64,000 nt of DNA, from positions 47,751 through 111,750 of the forward strand of contig WFQC01000152.1 of assembly GCA_015487235.1 (NCBI GenBank), written 5' to 3'. The notes below the pieces were generated by a model. It did no database searches. It was not told where the DNA came from and saw only the letters and a program-made list of their open reading frames with translations. Shown here one piece after another: positions 30,351 through 39,908 of this stretch. A program made the position numbers and the translations under genes. Origin of the DNA: Alteromonadaceae bacterium. Lineage in GTDB: Bacteria > Pseudomonadota > Gammaproteobacteria > Enterobacterales > Alteromonadaceae. How positions within the stretch are numbered: position 1 is the first letter of the stretch; the number at the start of each line of letters is the position of its first letter.

Positions 30351-30638
30351 ATGCCAGCAAGGAAATCGACAAAGTATATGCTTTTTGCCGCTGCCATTAC
30401 CATCGCTTGGTCAAGCAGCGCGCTTTATCAAAACAAACAAAATACGCACTTAAGTGCGTTAAACGCCTGTATGAAGGTAGATTCAAAGCTACCTTTGAAT
30501 CATGTTAATCATCCATGCCAGCAGTCGGTATCGTCAAATCAAAGCTGGTGGTCATGGCTAAAAGGCGATAGCCCCTCAAGCTATTTACACTTTTTAGATT
30601 TAATCGAGTTATTACATAGCCAAAGCAACCCGAATTAG
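30351..30638 (+). CDS. Hypothetical small exported protein
   Basis: 95-aa ORF with a hydrophobic N-terminus (YMLFAAAITIAWSSSALY). A TGTTATACT extended -10-like sequence lies upstream. No recognisable family. Confidence 0.35.
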   Translation: MPARKSTKYMLFAAAITIAWSSSALYQNKQNTHLSALNACMKVDSKLPLNHVNHPCQQSVSSNQSWWSWLKGDSPSSYLHFLDLIELLHSQSNPN

Positions 30639-30702
30639 TATGCACTAAGGGTTGCATCATACTTGCCATAATAATTAACCTGAGTTTGATAGGGCTGCTT
30701 TC

Positions 30703-30897
30703 ATGACTAAAAAAACTTCATTCAAGCAAACACTGCTCAGTGTAGCCTCTGCTTTTCTTGGCGTACAAAGTGATAAGAACCGTCAACGAGATTTTACCAA
30801 AGGAAAGCTCAGCCATTTTATTATTGCTGGAGTATTAAGCGTAATATTATTTATCACAATATTGATCGCCGTTGTTTCGTGGGTGATCCCTTACTAA
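30703..30897 (+). CDS. DUF2970-like small membrane protein
   Basis: 64 aa. The pattern SAFLGVQSDKNRQRDF followed by one TM helix matches my recollection of DUF2970. The stop overlaps the dam stop by 4 nt (convergent). Confidence 0.6.
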   Translation: MTKKTSFKQTLLSVASAFLGVQSDKNRQRDFTKGKLSHFIIAGVLSVILFITILIAVVSWVIPY

Positions 30898-31727
30898 CGA
30901 TACAAAGCAAGTAATTCCGCCACTTTTTTACGGCTAGCGCCTTTTTGACTGATCGTTCTTGCCACTTGTATTGATTTTAATTTATCGGCATGTTGATAAA
31001 TTTTTCGTGTCCAAATGGTGTCATGATTACTGATCAGAACCGAAACATTACCCTGTTTTATCACCTCTTCAGCAGCATTAGCAAGATCAGCTTGTTCATC
31101 TAATCCAAAGCCATTGCCAGCATAACTAGTAAAGCTTGCCGTTTTGCTTAAAGGCACATAAGGCGGATCACAATAAATAACATCATGTTTTTTTGCTTGC
31201 GTAAACACTTCACGATAGCCTTGGCAGACAAACGTTGCCTTTTGTGATTTTTCAGCAAAAAATTCTAATTCTGCTTCAGGAAAATAAGGCCGTTTATAAC
31301 GCCCAAAAGGCACATTAAAGCCCCCTGATTTATTATAACGACATAAACCGTTATACCCGTGTCGATTCAAATATAAAAAAAGTAATGAACGATAGTAACT
31401 GTCTTTTGACTGATTAAACTCGACACGCAAGTGGTAATAAGTGTCAGGATTATTATTTAGTGCAGAAAAAAGCTTGCGGGCATCACTGATATAGTCTGCT
31501 GATTTATGTTGCAGCGTTTGATAAAGGTTAATAAGATCTTGATTAATATCGTTCAGTAAATAGTGTTGATAATCACTATTTAAAAAAATAGAACCTGCAC
31601 CAACAAAAGGTTCAATTAAGCGCTCACCAGCAGGAAGCATTTTACCAATAACATCACTTAATCCGTATTTTCCGCCAGCCCATTTTAAAAATGCGCGATG
31701 TTTTGTTTTTGCCTTACTTACTGCCAT
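30894..31727 (-). CDS. dam: DNA adenine methyltransferase (GATC)
   Basis: 277 aa with FLKWAGGKY and the DPPY motif (YCDPPYVPL). Confidence 0.93.
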   Translation of the reverse strand: MAVSKAKTKHRAFLKWAGGKYGLSDVIGKMLPAGERLIEPFVGAGSIFLNSDYQHYLLNDINQDLINLYQTLQHKSADYISDARKLFSALNNNPDTYYHLRVEFNQSKDSYYRSLLFLYLNRHGYNGLCRYNKSGGFNVPFGRYKRPYFPEAELEFFAEKSQKATFVCQGYREVFTQAKKHDVIYCDPPYVPLSKTASFTSYAGNGFGLDEQADLANAAEEVIKQGNVSVLISNHDTIWTRKIYQHADKLKSIQVARTISQKGASRKKVAELLALYR

Positions 31728-31793
31728 CTCATCTTATTTATTAATGATAAAAATCAGACGAGGATTGTAGCGGTAAACCTGCGTTAATAGCAA

Positions 31794-33131
31794 TTAATTG
31801 TACTGCTTTAATGTGTTTTGATAATCAATTATCTCTTTTTTGATCACTGATAGTGATTTTATCCAAGGAGATTGTTGTCGGATACTTTCAGGCAAATGAG
31901 TTAGCGCCGCTTTAGCTTGTGCTCGCGTAGGATAAACTCTAGTGGTTAAAATCAGTAATTTATTATTATTTAATAAACGCGAATAACCATAATACTCAGC
32001 TAATGTTAAACGCTCGACAGCATTATCAAACGCCGTTTTATTTACAAGCCCTGCAATTTGAATCACATACCCTTGTGGTTGTGCTAAATAATAAGCTGGA
32101 TTAATACCGTAATCATGGCTATTTAGCGCAATAGCTTTATTGGCTGGTTCAACTTGTTTTTGCTCATTCTCTGCGTTTATGTGAGCTTGATTATGCTCTG
32201 TTATAACTGGTGTAAATTGTGCAAGAGCACTTAAAATATCACTGGGTTGGGCCGTTAATACTTCGGCTTTATCGCTATCGACATTTGCCTGTAATAAAGC
32301 CTGATAAATATCAGCTTGTGTAGCAATATCAATATTATCATGCCCAGTGCTGGTTAATAACTTAGCGTCTTTTTTTACGTTAACAAATTGATCTTTAACC
32401 ACTAAGGGTTCTGACTTATATGAATTATCAGTACTCTCTGTGAATAAATTTATTACTGAGCTTTGCGATAAAAGCAATAAAGTTATCGCCAATAAACTCA
32501 CAAGAGCAATAAAGGTAATAACAAATTTGCGTTGACTTGCACTTAAAAATGCCATTTTTTTCGCGTGAAAAAGCTTATTATCAAGTTTTAGTAACTGCCC
32601 TGATTGTGCATCAACTAAGGCAATTTTATTGTTAAATAAACTTTTTTCTCTAACGATTTTACTGCCTGCACTGTAATCACCCAGCATAACAACATTAATA
32701 GTTAATTTTGCTTTTTTAGCGACTTGAGCAAGGTAAGTTAACTCATGGATCAGCTGAAACGAAAGGTGATGTGCATGATCAATTACAATACTAATCGGCT
32801 GTTTAGAACCTTTAGCTAGCCTTAAAATACTGACTGCAAGTGCTTGTTCAGGATCAAACAAAACATCAGCAAAAAGTTGCTCGATAATACGACAACGAAC
32901 TTGAATATCATTTAATTTTACAGAAGCGGCAACGTATGAAGCATTATGCTCAGCGGGTAAGTTACCCAGAAATAAACTACCAATACGCGAGTAGTCGGCA
33001 TCAGTTTCGCCAACAACAAGCACAGCCTGTTTATTAAAACGAAGAATATAATCAATACGAGCATTAGTGCTAATAGCAGCAACAGAGCTAGATTCTGCAC
33101 TCATTTCATTGACTGTAACAGCTATGGACAT
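31794..33131 (-). CDS. damX: DamX-like SPOR-domain membrane protein with ExeA-like N-terminal region
   Basis: 445 aa lying between aroB and dam. It has a single TM segment (FVITFIALVSLLAITLLLL) and a C-terminal SPOR-like segment (YVIQIAGLVNKTAF...). The N-terminal region resembles an ExeA/MshM-type NTPase, but the P-loop position reads GETDADYS. Confidence 0.7.
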   Translation of the reverse strand: MSIAVTVNEMSAESSSVAAISTNARIDYILRFNKQAVLVVGETDADYSRIGSLFLGNLPAEHNASYVAASVKLNDIQVRCRIIEQLFADVLFDPEQALAVSILRLAKGSKQPISIVIDHAHHLSFQLIHELTYLAQVAKKAKLTINVVMLGDYSAGSKIVREKSLFNNKIALVDAQSGQLLKLDNKLFHAKKMAFLSASQRKFVITFIALVSLLAITLLLLSQSSVINLFTESTDNSYKSEPLVVKDQFVNVKKDAKLLTSTGHDNIDIATQADIYQALLQANVDSDKAEVLTAQPSDILSALAQFTPVITEHNQAHINAENEQKQVEPANKAIALNSHDYGINPAYYLAQPQGYVIQIAGLVNKTAFDNAVERLTLAEYYGYSRLLNNNKLLILTTRVYPTRAQAKAALTHLPESIRQQSPWIKSLSVIKKEIIDYQNTLKQYN

Positions 33132-33152
33132 TACTCACCTTCTGAAAATTAA

Positions 33153-34217
33153 TTACAGAATTTGCTTGAGTAACTCCTCACTAATATCATCGCGAATTTC
33201 AGTACGACCAATAGCGGTTGGAATAATTAACCTTAATTTTCCAGCCAGATTTTTTTTATCACGGCGCATATGAATTAAAAATTCATTAAAGCCCATATCT
33301 GCTGGTGCATTTAGCGGTAAATCAAAATAACTAAGCAGATTTTCAATACGACGAAGATCTGACACTTCAAGCAAATTCATAGTTACTGCTAGTTTGGCAG
33401 CAAGTACCATGCCAGTAGCTACAGCTTCGCCATGTAACCATGCACCATAACCTTGCTCAGCCTCAATAGCATGGCCAAAGGTATGTCCGAGATTAAGTAA
33501 AGCGCGTATATTGGCTTCTTTTTCATCAGCAGCCACAATGTCTGCTTTACATTGACAACAACGAGCGATCATTTCAACGAGAGTTTCTTCATCATTATTT
33601 TTGATCTTCTGACGATTTTGCTCAAGCCAGCTAAAAAAATCTTTATCCGCCAAAATACCGTACTTAATGACTTCAGCCATGCCTGCATTAAACTCTCTAA
33701 CAGGCAAAGTTTTTAGACTATGGGTATCAATCAATACGGCTTGAGGTTGATAAAAAGCCCCGATCATATTTTTACCCAGAGGATGATTTACAGCCGTTTT
33801 TCCACCAACTGAAGAGTCTACTTGAGACAATAAGGTTGTTGGTATTTGAATAAAGTGAATGCCTCGTTGATAGCAAGCAGCAGCAAAACCTGTTATATCA
33901 CCAATAACTCCCCCACCTAAAGCAATAAGGGTTGAGTCACGGCCATGCCCATTAGCCAACATGTGTGACATTATTTTGTCAAAATTAGCTAAGCTTTTTT
34001 CTGCTTCCCCATCGGGCAAAATAATCTCATCAAGCAGATAGCCTGTTAAAATGTTTTTTAGCTTAGTTAGGTATAACGGCGCAATAATATCATTCGTAAC
34101 AATGCATAAACGCTTTGCGGGAATATGTTGTAAGACAGGGCTATTATGACTTAATAGCCCTGCGCCAATATAGATAGGATAACTACGATCATTGAGATCG
34201 ACGTTAAGCGTGATCAT
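33153..34217 (-). CDS. aroB: 3-dehydroquinate synthase
   Basis: 354 aa with [18 protein letters not shown] and HTFGHAIE. Confidence 0.95.
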   Translation of the reverse strand: MITLNVDLNDRSYPIYIGAGLLSHNSPVLQHIPAKRLCIVTNDIIAPLYLTKLKNILTGYLLDEIILPDGEAEKSLANFDKIMSHMLANGHGRDSTLIALGGGVIGDITGFAAACYQRGIHFIQIPTTLLSQVDSSVGGKTAVNHPLGKNMIGAFYQPQAVLIDTHSLKTLPVREFNAGMAEVIKYGILADKDFFSWLEQNRQKIKNNDEETLVEMIARCCQCKADIVAADEKEANIRALLNLGHTFGHAIEAEQGYGAWLHGEAVATGMVLAAKLAVTMNLLEVSDLRRIENLLSYFDLPLNAPADMGFNEFLIHMRRDKKNLAGKLRLIIPTAIGRTEIRDDISEELLKQIL

Positions 34218-34219
34218 GA

Positions 34220-34738
34220 TTAAAAATCAATGCGTTCAATAATTTTGTTCGCAACCACTTTTGCACTTTGATCATCCGTTGGAACAATCACATCGGCAAT
34301 TTCTTCATAAAGTGGGTTACGCTCTAACGCTAATCTTTCTAATACTTTACGAGGCTCTTCTGAGGTTTGTAATAAAGGACGACGACGATCCCTTTGTGTA
34401 CGAGCCACTTGCTTATCAATCGTTGTTTCAAGATAAACGACAATACCGCGAGCCGATAAACGGTTACGAATTTGGCTGCTGATCACTGAACCACCACCTG
34501 TAGCAAGTACAATACCTTGCTTTTCAGTGAGATCATTAATAACGCCTTCTTCACGTTTTCTAAAGCCTTCTTCACCTTCTAAATCAAATACCCAAGCGAT
34601 ATCTGCGCCGGTACGACGTTCAATTTCTTGGTCTGAATCATAAAAATCAAGATGAAGCTTTTCAGCTAGCTCTCTACCGATAGTGCTTTTGCCGGCACCC
34701 ATTGGGCCTACAAGGAAAATGTTACGTTTTTCTGCCAT
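34220..34738 (-). CDS. aroK: Shikimate kinase
   Basis: 172 aa, with P-loop [12 protein letters not shown]. Confidence 0.95.
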   Translation of the reverse strand: MAEKRNIFLVGPMGAGKSTIGRELAEKLHLDFYDSDQEIERRTGADIAWVFDLEGEEGFRKREEGVINDLTEKQGIVLATGGGSVISSQIRNRLSARGIVVYLETTIDKQVARTQRDRRRPLLQTSEEPRKVLERLALERNPLYEEIADVIVPTDDQSAKVVANKIIERIDF

Positions 34739-34894
34739 GAGACTTACTTAATACTCGTAATATAATTGCGTTAATAGGTCAAACCAAATGGATTAAGCAA
34801 ACATAAAATGCTGCGAACTATCCTTTTGATACAGTCAGAGGTCTCCCTCAAAATTTTTAAGGGCGTAATTATCGCAATTGTTCGCTATAGATTG

Positions 34895-34936
34895 CAAGTA
34901 TGTGAGCAATATTAAACTCACATACTTGTATTTTTT
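34895..34936. terminator. Strong 12-bp hairpin between pilQ and aroK
   Basis: The stem is CAAGTATGTGAG-CAATATTAAA-CTCACATACTTG. The T-run follows on the plus strand, whereas on the transcribed minus strand an A-run precedes the stem. Its function as a terminator is therefore uncertain. Confidence 0.4.
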
Positions 34937-34946
34937 CAGTTATAGG

Positions 34947-36992
34947 TTAAAAGTTTTCTGTAATAATGCGTGGTGTAACAAAGATAAGTAATTCTTTTTT
35001 CTCATTAAAGTTATTAGTATTTCTAAATAACCAGCCAAAATAAGGTACGTCGCCTAATACAGGTACTTTTGACACTGTACTAATAACCGCTTGTTGATAT
35101 ATACCACCAAGCACAATTGTTTCGCCATTATTAACTAACACTTGGGTACCAATGCGTTGTGTATCAACCGCTGGCGCATTACCACTTTGCACTTCAGACA
35201 CAGTATCTTGTGTCACAACCAAGTCCAAAATAATACGATCATCAGGCGTGATATGCGGTGTTACGGTTAAACTTAATACGGCTTTTTTAAATTGTACGGC
35301 AGTAGCACCACTAGATGCTGCTTGTTGATAAGGAATTTCTACACCCTGTTCAATATAGGCTTCTTTTTGGTTAGCCGTAGTAATACGCGGACTCGCAATA
35401 ATTTCGCCTTTATTTTCTTTTTCTAAAGCACTTAACTCTAAATCAAGAATGGTACCATCAGCTAAACGTGCCACCTGAAACGCAATGCTACCAGCACCAG
35501 CGCCTGCAGGTAGGTTTACATTCATACGATCACCAAGCGCAGGAGTAACTCCTCTACCCGCACTGTTAGCACCTTCTAACGTACCCGCACTTGAATATTC
35601 ACCATCCGTATTCGTTACGCCCCAACGAATGCCAAGCTCTTCATTAACATTATCTTTTACCGTCACCATACGCGCTTCAATAACAACTTGTCGAACTGGA
35701 ATATCAAGTACGCTGATCATACGTTTAATATCTTCAATACTTTTTGCCGTATCACGAATTAACAAAATATTAGTACGTTCATCAACTGTTACAGAACCTC
35801 GTGGAGATAGAATACTGGTTTCTTCATTTTTAACTAAATTAGCAATATCAGCTGCTTTAGCATAATTAACTTGCACATATTCTGAATAAAGAGGTGCTAG
35901 TTCTGCAACTTGTTGGCGTGCTTTTAAATCTTTTGCTTCTCTCGCAGCCAGCTCATCACTCGGGGCAACCATTAAAATATTGCCATCCATGCGCTTATCA
36001 AGGCCTTTAACTTTTAGTATAATATCAAGGGCTTGATCCCACGGCACACCGTCTAAGCGCAACGTAATATTACCCGCCACAGTATCACTGGTAACTAAGT
36101 TAAACCCGTTATAGTCAGCAATAATCTGTAAGACAGTACGTACTGGAATATCTTGGAAGTTCAACGAGATTGCACGGCCTGAAAAATCATCATCATCGCC
36201 CAAATAACCCGGCTTTTTAACTTTTTCTTCTACCGTTAATGAAAATACATTGTTTGCTTGTTGGTGCTTAAAGGTAAAGTCGCCATTAACATCAATCACT
36301 AAACGGGCATTATTACCTTCTTTAAATGTTTCAATGGCCGCAATATTAGTACCAAAATCAGTAACATCAAGCTTGTATAAAAGATCATCTTTAATGTTAG
36401 TATTGTGAAATTCAACATAGATCTTTCCTAACTTATCACTTACATCAACAGCCACCATACTGTCATCAAGGTAAACAAATACTTGCCCTGCACCTTCATC
36501 ATTACGGCGAAAATCAATACCATTGATAGTGTTAATAAAAGTACTACTCACTGGAGATAATTTTGCGAGAGCTGCATTTTTATGTGTCGCATTTAAGATC
36601 AGTGATAATTCATTACCTTGTTGCTTAATATCAAAGACTGATAATTTTTTAAGGTTAACCGTAGCGACAATTTTTCCCGCTAATTTTTGTAAACGAATAT
36701 CATTAACACCAGCATGCTCTACAGGCACTTGTGCTAATTTCTCGTCAAACTGATCGGCATCAAAGGTTATTTCGATACGAGCGGGGGTAACTGATGTTTT
36801 AATGCTTGGCTGTGTCACCATAGGCTCAGAAAGCGTAAACACTAATTCAATTTCATCATTTTCTATGGTGTTATATTTAACACCTGTGATACTAGCAGAA
36901 TAAGCTAGTGATGCAGTTACTAATAAGCCCACAAAAGTTGTTAGCTTTATTGTATATTGTTTAAATTTTTTCATCGTCTTAAATTGCAACAT
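34947..36992 (-). CDS. pilQ: Type IV pilus secretin
   Basis: 681 aa. The secretin C-terminus has VPVLGDVPYFGWLFR, and the N-terminal region is AMIN-like. The start may be the ATG at 36974. Confidence 0.93.
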   Translation of the reverse strand: MLQFKTMKKFKQYTIKLTTFVGLLVTASLAYSASITGVKYNTIENDEIELVFTLSEPMVTQPSIKTSVTPARIEITFDADQFDEKLAQVPVEHAGVNDIRLQKLAGKIVATVNLKKLSVFDIKQQGNELSLILNATHKNAALAKLSPVSSTFINTINGIDFRRNDEGAGQVFVYLDDSMVAVDVSDKLGKIYVEFHNTNIKDDLLYKLDVTDFGTNIAAIETFKEGNNARLVIDVNGDFTFKHQQANNVFSLTVEEKVKKPGYLGDDDDFSGRAISLNFQDIPVRTVLQIIADYNGFNLVTSDTVAGNITLRLDGVPWDQALDIILKVKGLDKRMDGNILMVAPSDELAAREAKDLKARQQVAELAPLYSEYVQVNYAKAADIANLVKNEETSILSPRGSVTVDERTNILLIRDTAKSIEDIKRMISVLDIPVRQVVIEARMVTVKDNVNEELGIRWGVTNTDGEYSSAGTLEGANSAGRGVTPALGDRMNVNLPAGAGAGSIAFQVARLADGTILDLELSALEKENKGEIIASPRITTANQKEAYIEQGVEIPYQQAASSGATAVQFKKAVLSLTVTPHITPDDRIILDLVVTQDTVSEVQSGNAPAVDTQRIGTQVLVNNGETIVLGGIYQQAVISTVSKVPVLGDVPYFGWLFRNTNNFNEKKELLIFVTPRIITENF

Positions 36993-37528
36993 TACTTCCT
37001 TTGCCCCTCTGCACCTGGCTCAACCATGGTAATTATAGTTTCGCGTTCCACCCAGCAACCAGCGCCATCTGGAATTAATTCAATCACTTTCACTTCACTC
37101 TCATTCACTTCTGTAATACGACCATTATATAAGCCTAAATAATTACCCACCGTTACTCTATGTAAGGTGCCATCTGAGGCCTCAACTAATGCCCAAACCA
37201 CCCCTAATTCACCTAAGGTTCCTCGCATAGATAAATTATCTAAAGCAAATTTTTCTAGCGGTTGCTTCCGACGACGAGGATCAGGGCTTAAACAACCCGA
37301 CATTTGCTGAATTTTTTCTTGGATCGCTTCAGGCTTCGGTGCAACAAAAGGACTACGCAAAGCACTTGCTGAATAATCATAATGACTAAAACGTGATATT
37401 TCAGGCATAGGTTCAATATAGTTTGACGTATTTTGTTGAACCTTGGCAATATATTCCTTTAAATCACTGGTATCATCAAAACAAGCTGTTAAGAACAATA
37501 CCGACAACAGGATAGCTAATTTTTTCAT
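36992..37528 (-). CDS. pilP: Type IV pilus assembly lipoprotein PilP
   Basis: 178 aa with a lipobox (LFLTAC). Position fits pilMNOPQ order. Confidence 0.88.
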   Translation of the reverse strand: MKKLAILLSVLFLTACFDDTSDLKEYIAKVQQNTSNYIEPMPEISRFSHYDYSASALRSPFVAPKPEAIQEKIQQMSGCLSPDPRRRKQPLEKFALDNLSMRGTLGELGVVWALVEASDGTLHRVTVGNYLGLYNGRITEVNESEVKVIELIPDGAGCWVERETIITMVEPGAEGQRK

Positions 37529-38127
37529 TATTTGCCCCCCTGTTCTTGATAACGGTATGTTTTAGCTTGCAACTTCAAATTCAATTGATTAGGGTTCTTT
37601 CTATCTTCCTCTATCACAAAATCGTGCACTGTTACTATACGAGGTAGTGCTGCAATTCTACTAACAAAGTTACCAAAGTCATGGTAAGACCCTACTACAT
37701 CAATCTCAATAGGCAACTCAATATATATTTCTTTCACAATTTCAGGTTGCCAATTAATGTTAGTAAAATCTAGGCCACTGGTTGTACCCACAAACGTTAT
37801 ATCATCTAATAAACCGGGAGTTTCATGGCTATTAGGTAAACTTTTAAGCTGCGTTGCAAATAATTCTTCGGCTTCTACCATTTGCTGTTGAAATAACTCC
37901 AAATTAGCCGCAACGTGATATTTATTCTGATATTCTTGCTTTAATGTGGCTTCTTTTTTGGTAATTGAGTCTAATTGAGACATTTTATCGCTAATAATAG
38001 CAATATAACCAAAGCCTAAGGTAACAATAAACAGAAAAATGGCCAGTACAACTTTTGCAGCCGTTGGCCATTGGCCGATATTATCAAGTTCTAAGTCATC
38101 AAATTGGGATAAGTCAATATTCATCAT
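37528..38127 (-). CDS. pilO: Type IV pilus assembly protein PilO
   Basis: 199 aa with a single TM segment and a coiled coil. Position in the operon supports the call. Confidence 0.88.
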   Translation of the reverse strand: MMNIDLSQFDDLELDNIGQWPTAAKVVLAIFLFIVTLGFGYIAIISDKMSQLDSITKKEATLKQEYQNKYHVAANLELFQQQMVEAEELFATQLKSLPNSHETPGLLDDITFVGTTSGLDFTNINWQPEIVKEIYIELPIEIDVVGSYHDFGNFVSRIAALPRIVTVHDFVIEEDRKNPNQLNLKLQAKTYRYQEQGGK

Positions 38128-38708
38128 TTATCCTCCTTTGCTGGCTTTTTATCTAGCTCAGTATCAATTAATCCTTTAATGCGTACTTTCATTTTAAAAT
38201 CACTTAATAATTTACTTTTTGCATCATTATTTGATATTGACTCTAAAATTGCATCGCTTAATAAATTAGAGCTTTCAATAGCACGGATCATATTAGCTAA
38301 ATGGTTATTCGATTCACTTTTACCGACAATGAAAAGCGTATTACCTTTCTTCTCTAATTTAGTTAAATAAATACCCGCTGGAACAATTTTAGCAATTTCA
38401 TCTAAAACTTGCGTACCAACATTTCGGCTACGTTGCAACTGTTCAATAACGCGAATACGTTGTTGTAATGCTTGTTTTTTTTCTTTTAAGGTTTTGATTT
38501 CACCAATACGCAAATCAAGCTTTTTAATTTCATTGCTTAAATATTGATTACGCACATTTTGCCCGTCAATGCGTGCTTGATAATACTGATTAATCGCAAA
38601 AACGATAATAAACGCAAAAATAACAATGGCTGTAAGCAGTGTAAAAAATAATTGTTGCTTTGCTTTTTGCGCTTCTTCTCGCCAAGGAAGTAAATTTATA
38701 TGTGCCAT
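38124..38708 (-). CDS. pilN: Type IV pilus assembly protein PilN
   Basis: 194 aa with the conserved N-terminus MAHINLLPWRE. Confidence 0.9.
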   Translation of the reverse strand: MAHINLLPWREEAQKAKQQLFFTLLTAIVIFAFIIVFAINQYYQARIDGQNVRNQYLSNEIKKLDLRIGEIKTLKEKKQALQQRIRVIEQLQRSRNVGTQVLDEIAKIVPAGIYLTKLEKKGNTLFIVGKSESNNHLANMIRAIESSNLLSDAILESISNNDAKSKLLSDFKMKVRIKGLIDTELDKKPAKEDK

Positions 38709-39742
38709 GGTGAAAAGCTCCTTAATGCTAAGCCCGTTGCCACCATAAACTGTGGAGCTATTTTTGCCAATTCATCTTCATCTATTGATTCTGCAATTTC
38801 CATTTCGGCAAAAGGTTTGGCAATTATTGTATAAATACCCAACTCATCAGCAAGTAACTGTTCTACACCTTCAACAAGCGCGGTTCCTCCTGAGATAACA
38901 AGGTAGTCTATTTTTTCTTTACCGCTTGAGGTTAAAAACATTTGAATAGCACGACGCACTTGCTGAACAAGTACGGTATGAAAAGGTGCCAATACTTCAA
39001 AAGTGTAATTAGGCGGTAAATCACCATTTATTTTCGCTAATTCGGCTTCTTCAAACGAAACATTATAATAAGACACAATAGAACGTGTATATTGTTCGCT
39101 GCCAAATAGCTGATCGCGACTATAGATTTCTCTACCCGATTGCGTGGCAGAAAATAGCGTCATTGTGGCGCCAATATCAACAATAGCTACAAGTTTGTCT
39201 GCTGCATCATCAGGAAGATTAGCTAAAATAAGATCATTCACGCGGCTCAGAGTATAAGCTTCTACATCAATCACTTTAGCGGTAAAACCGCCGGCTTCAA
39301 GAGCCGCTACTCTGGCTTCAATAGATTCAGTACGTGCCGCACTTAACAACACATTAACTTTGGTTGGATCAGACTCATTCGCTTCAAGCACTTCAAAATC
39401 AAGGCTAACTTCGTCAAGTGGATAAGGGATCAAGCTATCAGCTTCAATTTCAATTTGGCTATTGAGTTCTTCTTCTGAAAGCGATGCATCCATGTAAATA
39501 ACTTTGGTAATAACCGTTTGCCCGGAAACTGCAGCCGCCGCTTCTTTAACCGATGCCGTTATTTTTTTACGTATTTTAGCCATGACATTACCCACAGCCT
39601 CAATATCTTGAATTTCTCTGTCAATCACTGCGCCTCTAGGCATAGGTTCAATAGCTATCGCTTCAAGCTTATAACCATTTATTCCTTGACTCAGTAAAGC
39701 AGCTTTTACAGAATGAGAGCCGATATCAATCCCGACCATCAT
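38696..39742 (-). CDS. pilM: Type IV pilus assembly ATPase-fold protein PilM
   Basis: 348 aa with an actin-like fold signature (GIDIGSHSVKAALL). An in-frame stop 6 codons upstream fixes the short N-terminus. Confidence 0.92.
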   Translation of the reverse strand: MMVGIDIGSHSVKAALLSQGINGYKLEAIAIEPMPRGAVIDREIQDIEAVGNVMAKIRKKITASVKEAAAAVSGQTVITKVIYMDASLSEEELNSQIEIEADSLIPYPLDEVSLDFEVLEANESDPTKVNVLLSAARTESIEARVAALEAGGFTAKVIDVEAYTLSRVNDLILANLPDDAADKLVAIVDIGATMTLFSATQSGREIYSRDQLFGSEQYTRSIVSYYNVSFEEAELAKINGDLPPNYTFEVLAPFHTVLVQQVRRAIQMFLTSSGKEKIDYLVISGGTALVEGVEQLLADELGIYTIIAKPFAEMEIAESIDEDELAKIAPQFMVATGLALRSFSPWHI

Positions 39743-39908
39743 TGGTGTTTTATTTTTCTATAAACTGGGTAGCATAACGTCCTACAAAATCAGTTTTTAA
39801 TAACAATATTAGACATAATATACATAGAAATATATTTATTACATTGTTTTACACGATATACTTCTATTTATAAACATTTTTTTAACTAAATTTTTCAATT
39901 TTATTAGG

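Noticed and set aside
30311-30508. 65-aa ORF overlapping the 95-aa ORF at 30351-30638.
   Set aside because: It starts inside the putative promoter and is very basic and low-complexity. The alternative frame with a hydrophobic N-terminus is the better, though still weak, candidate.
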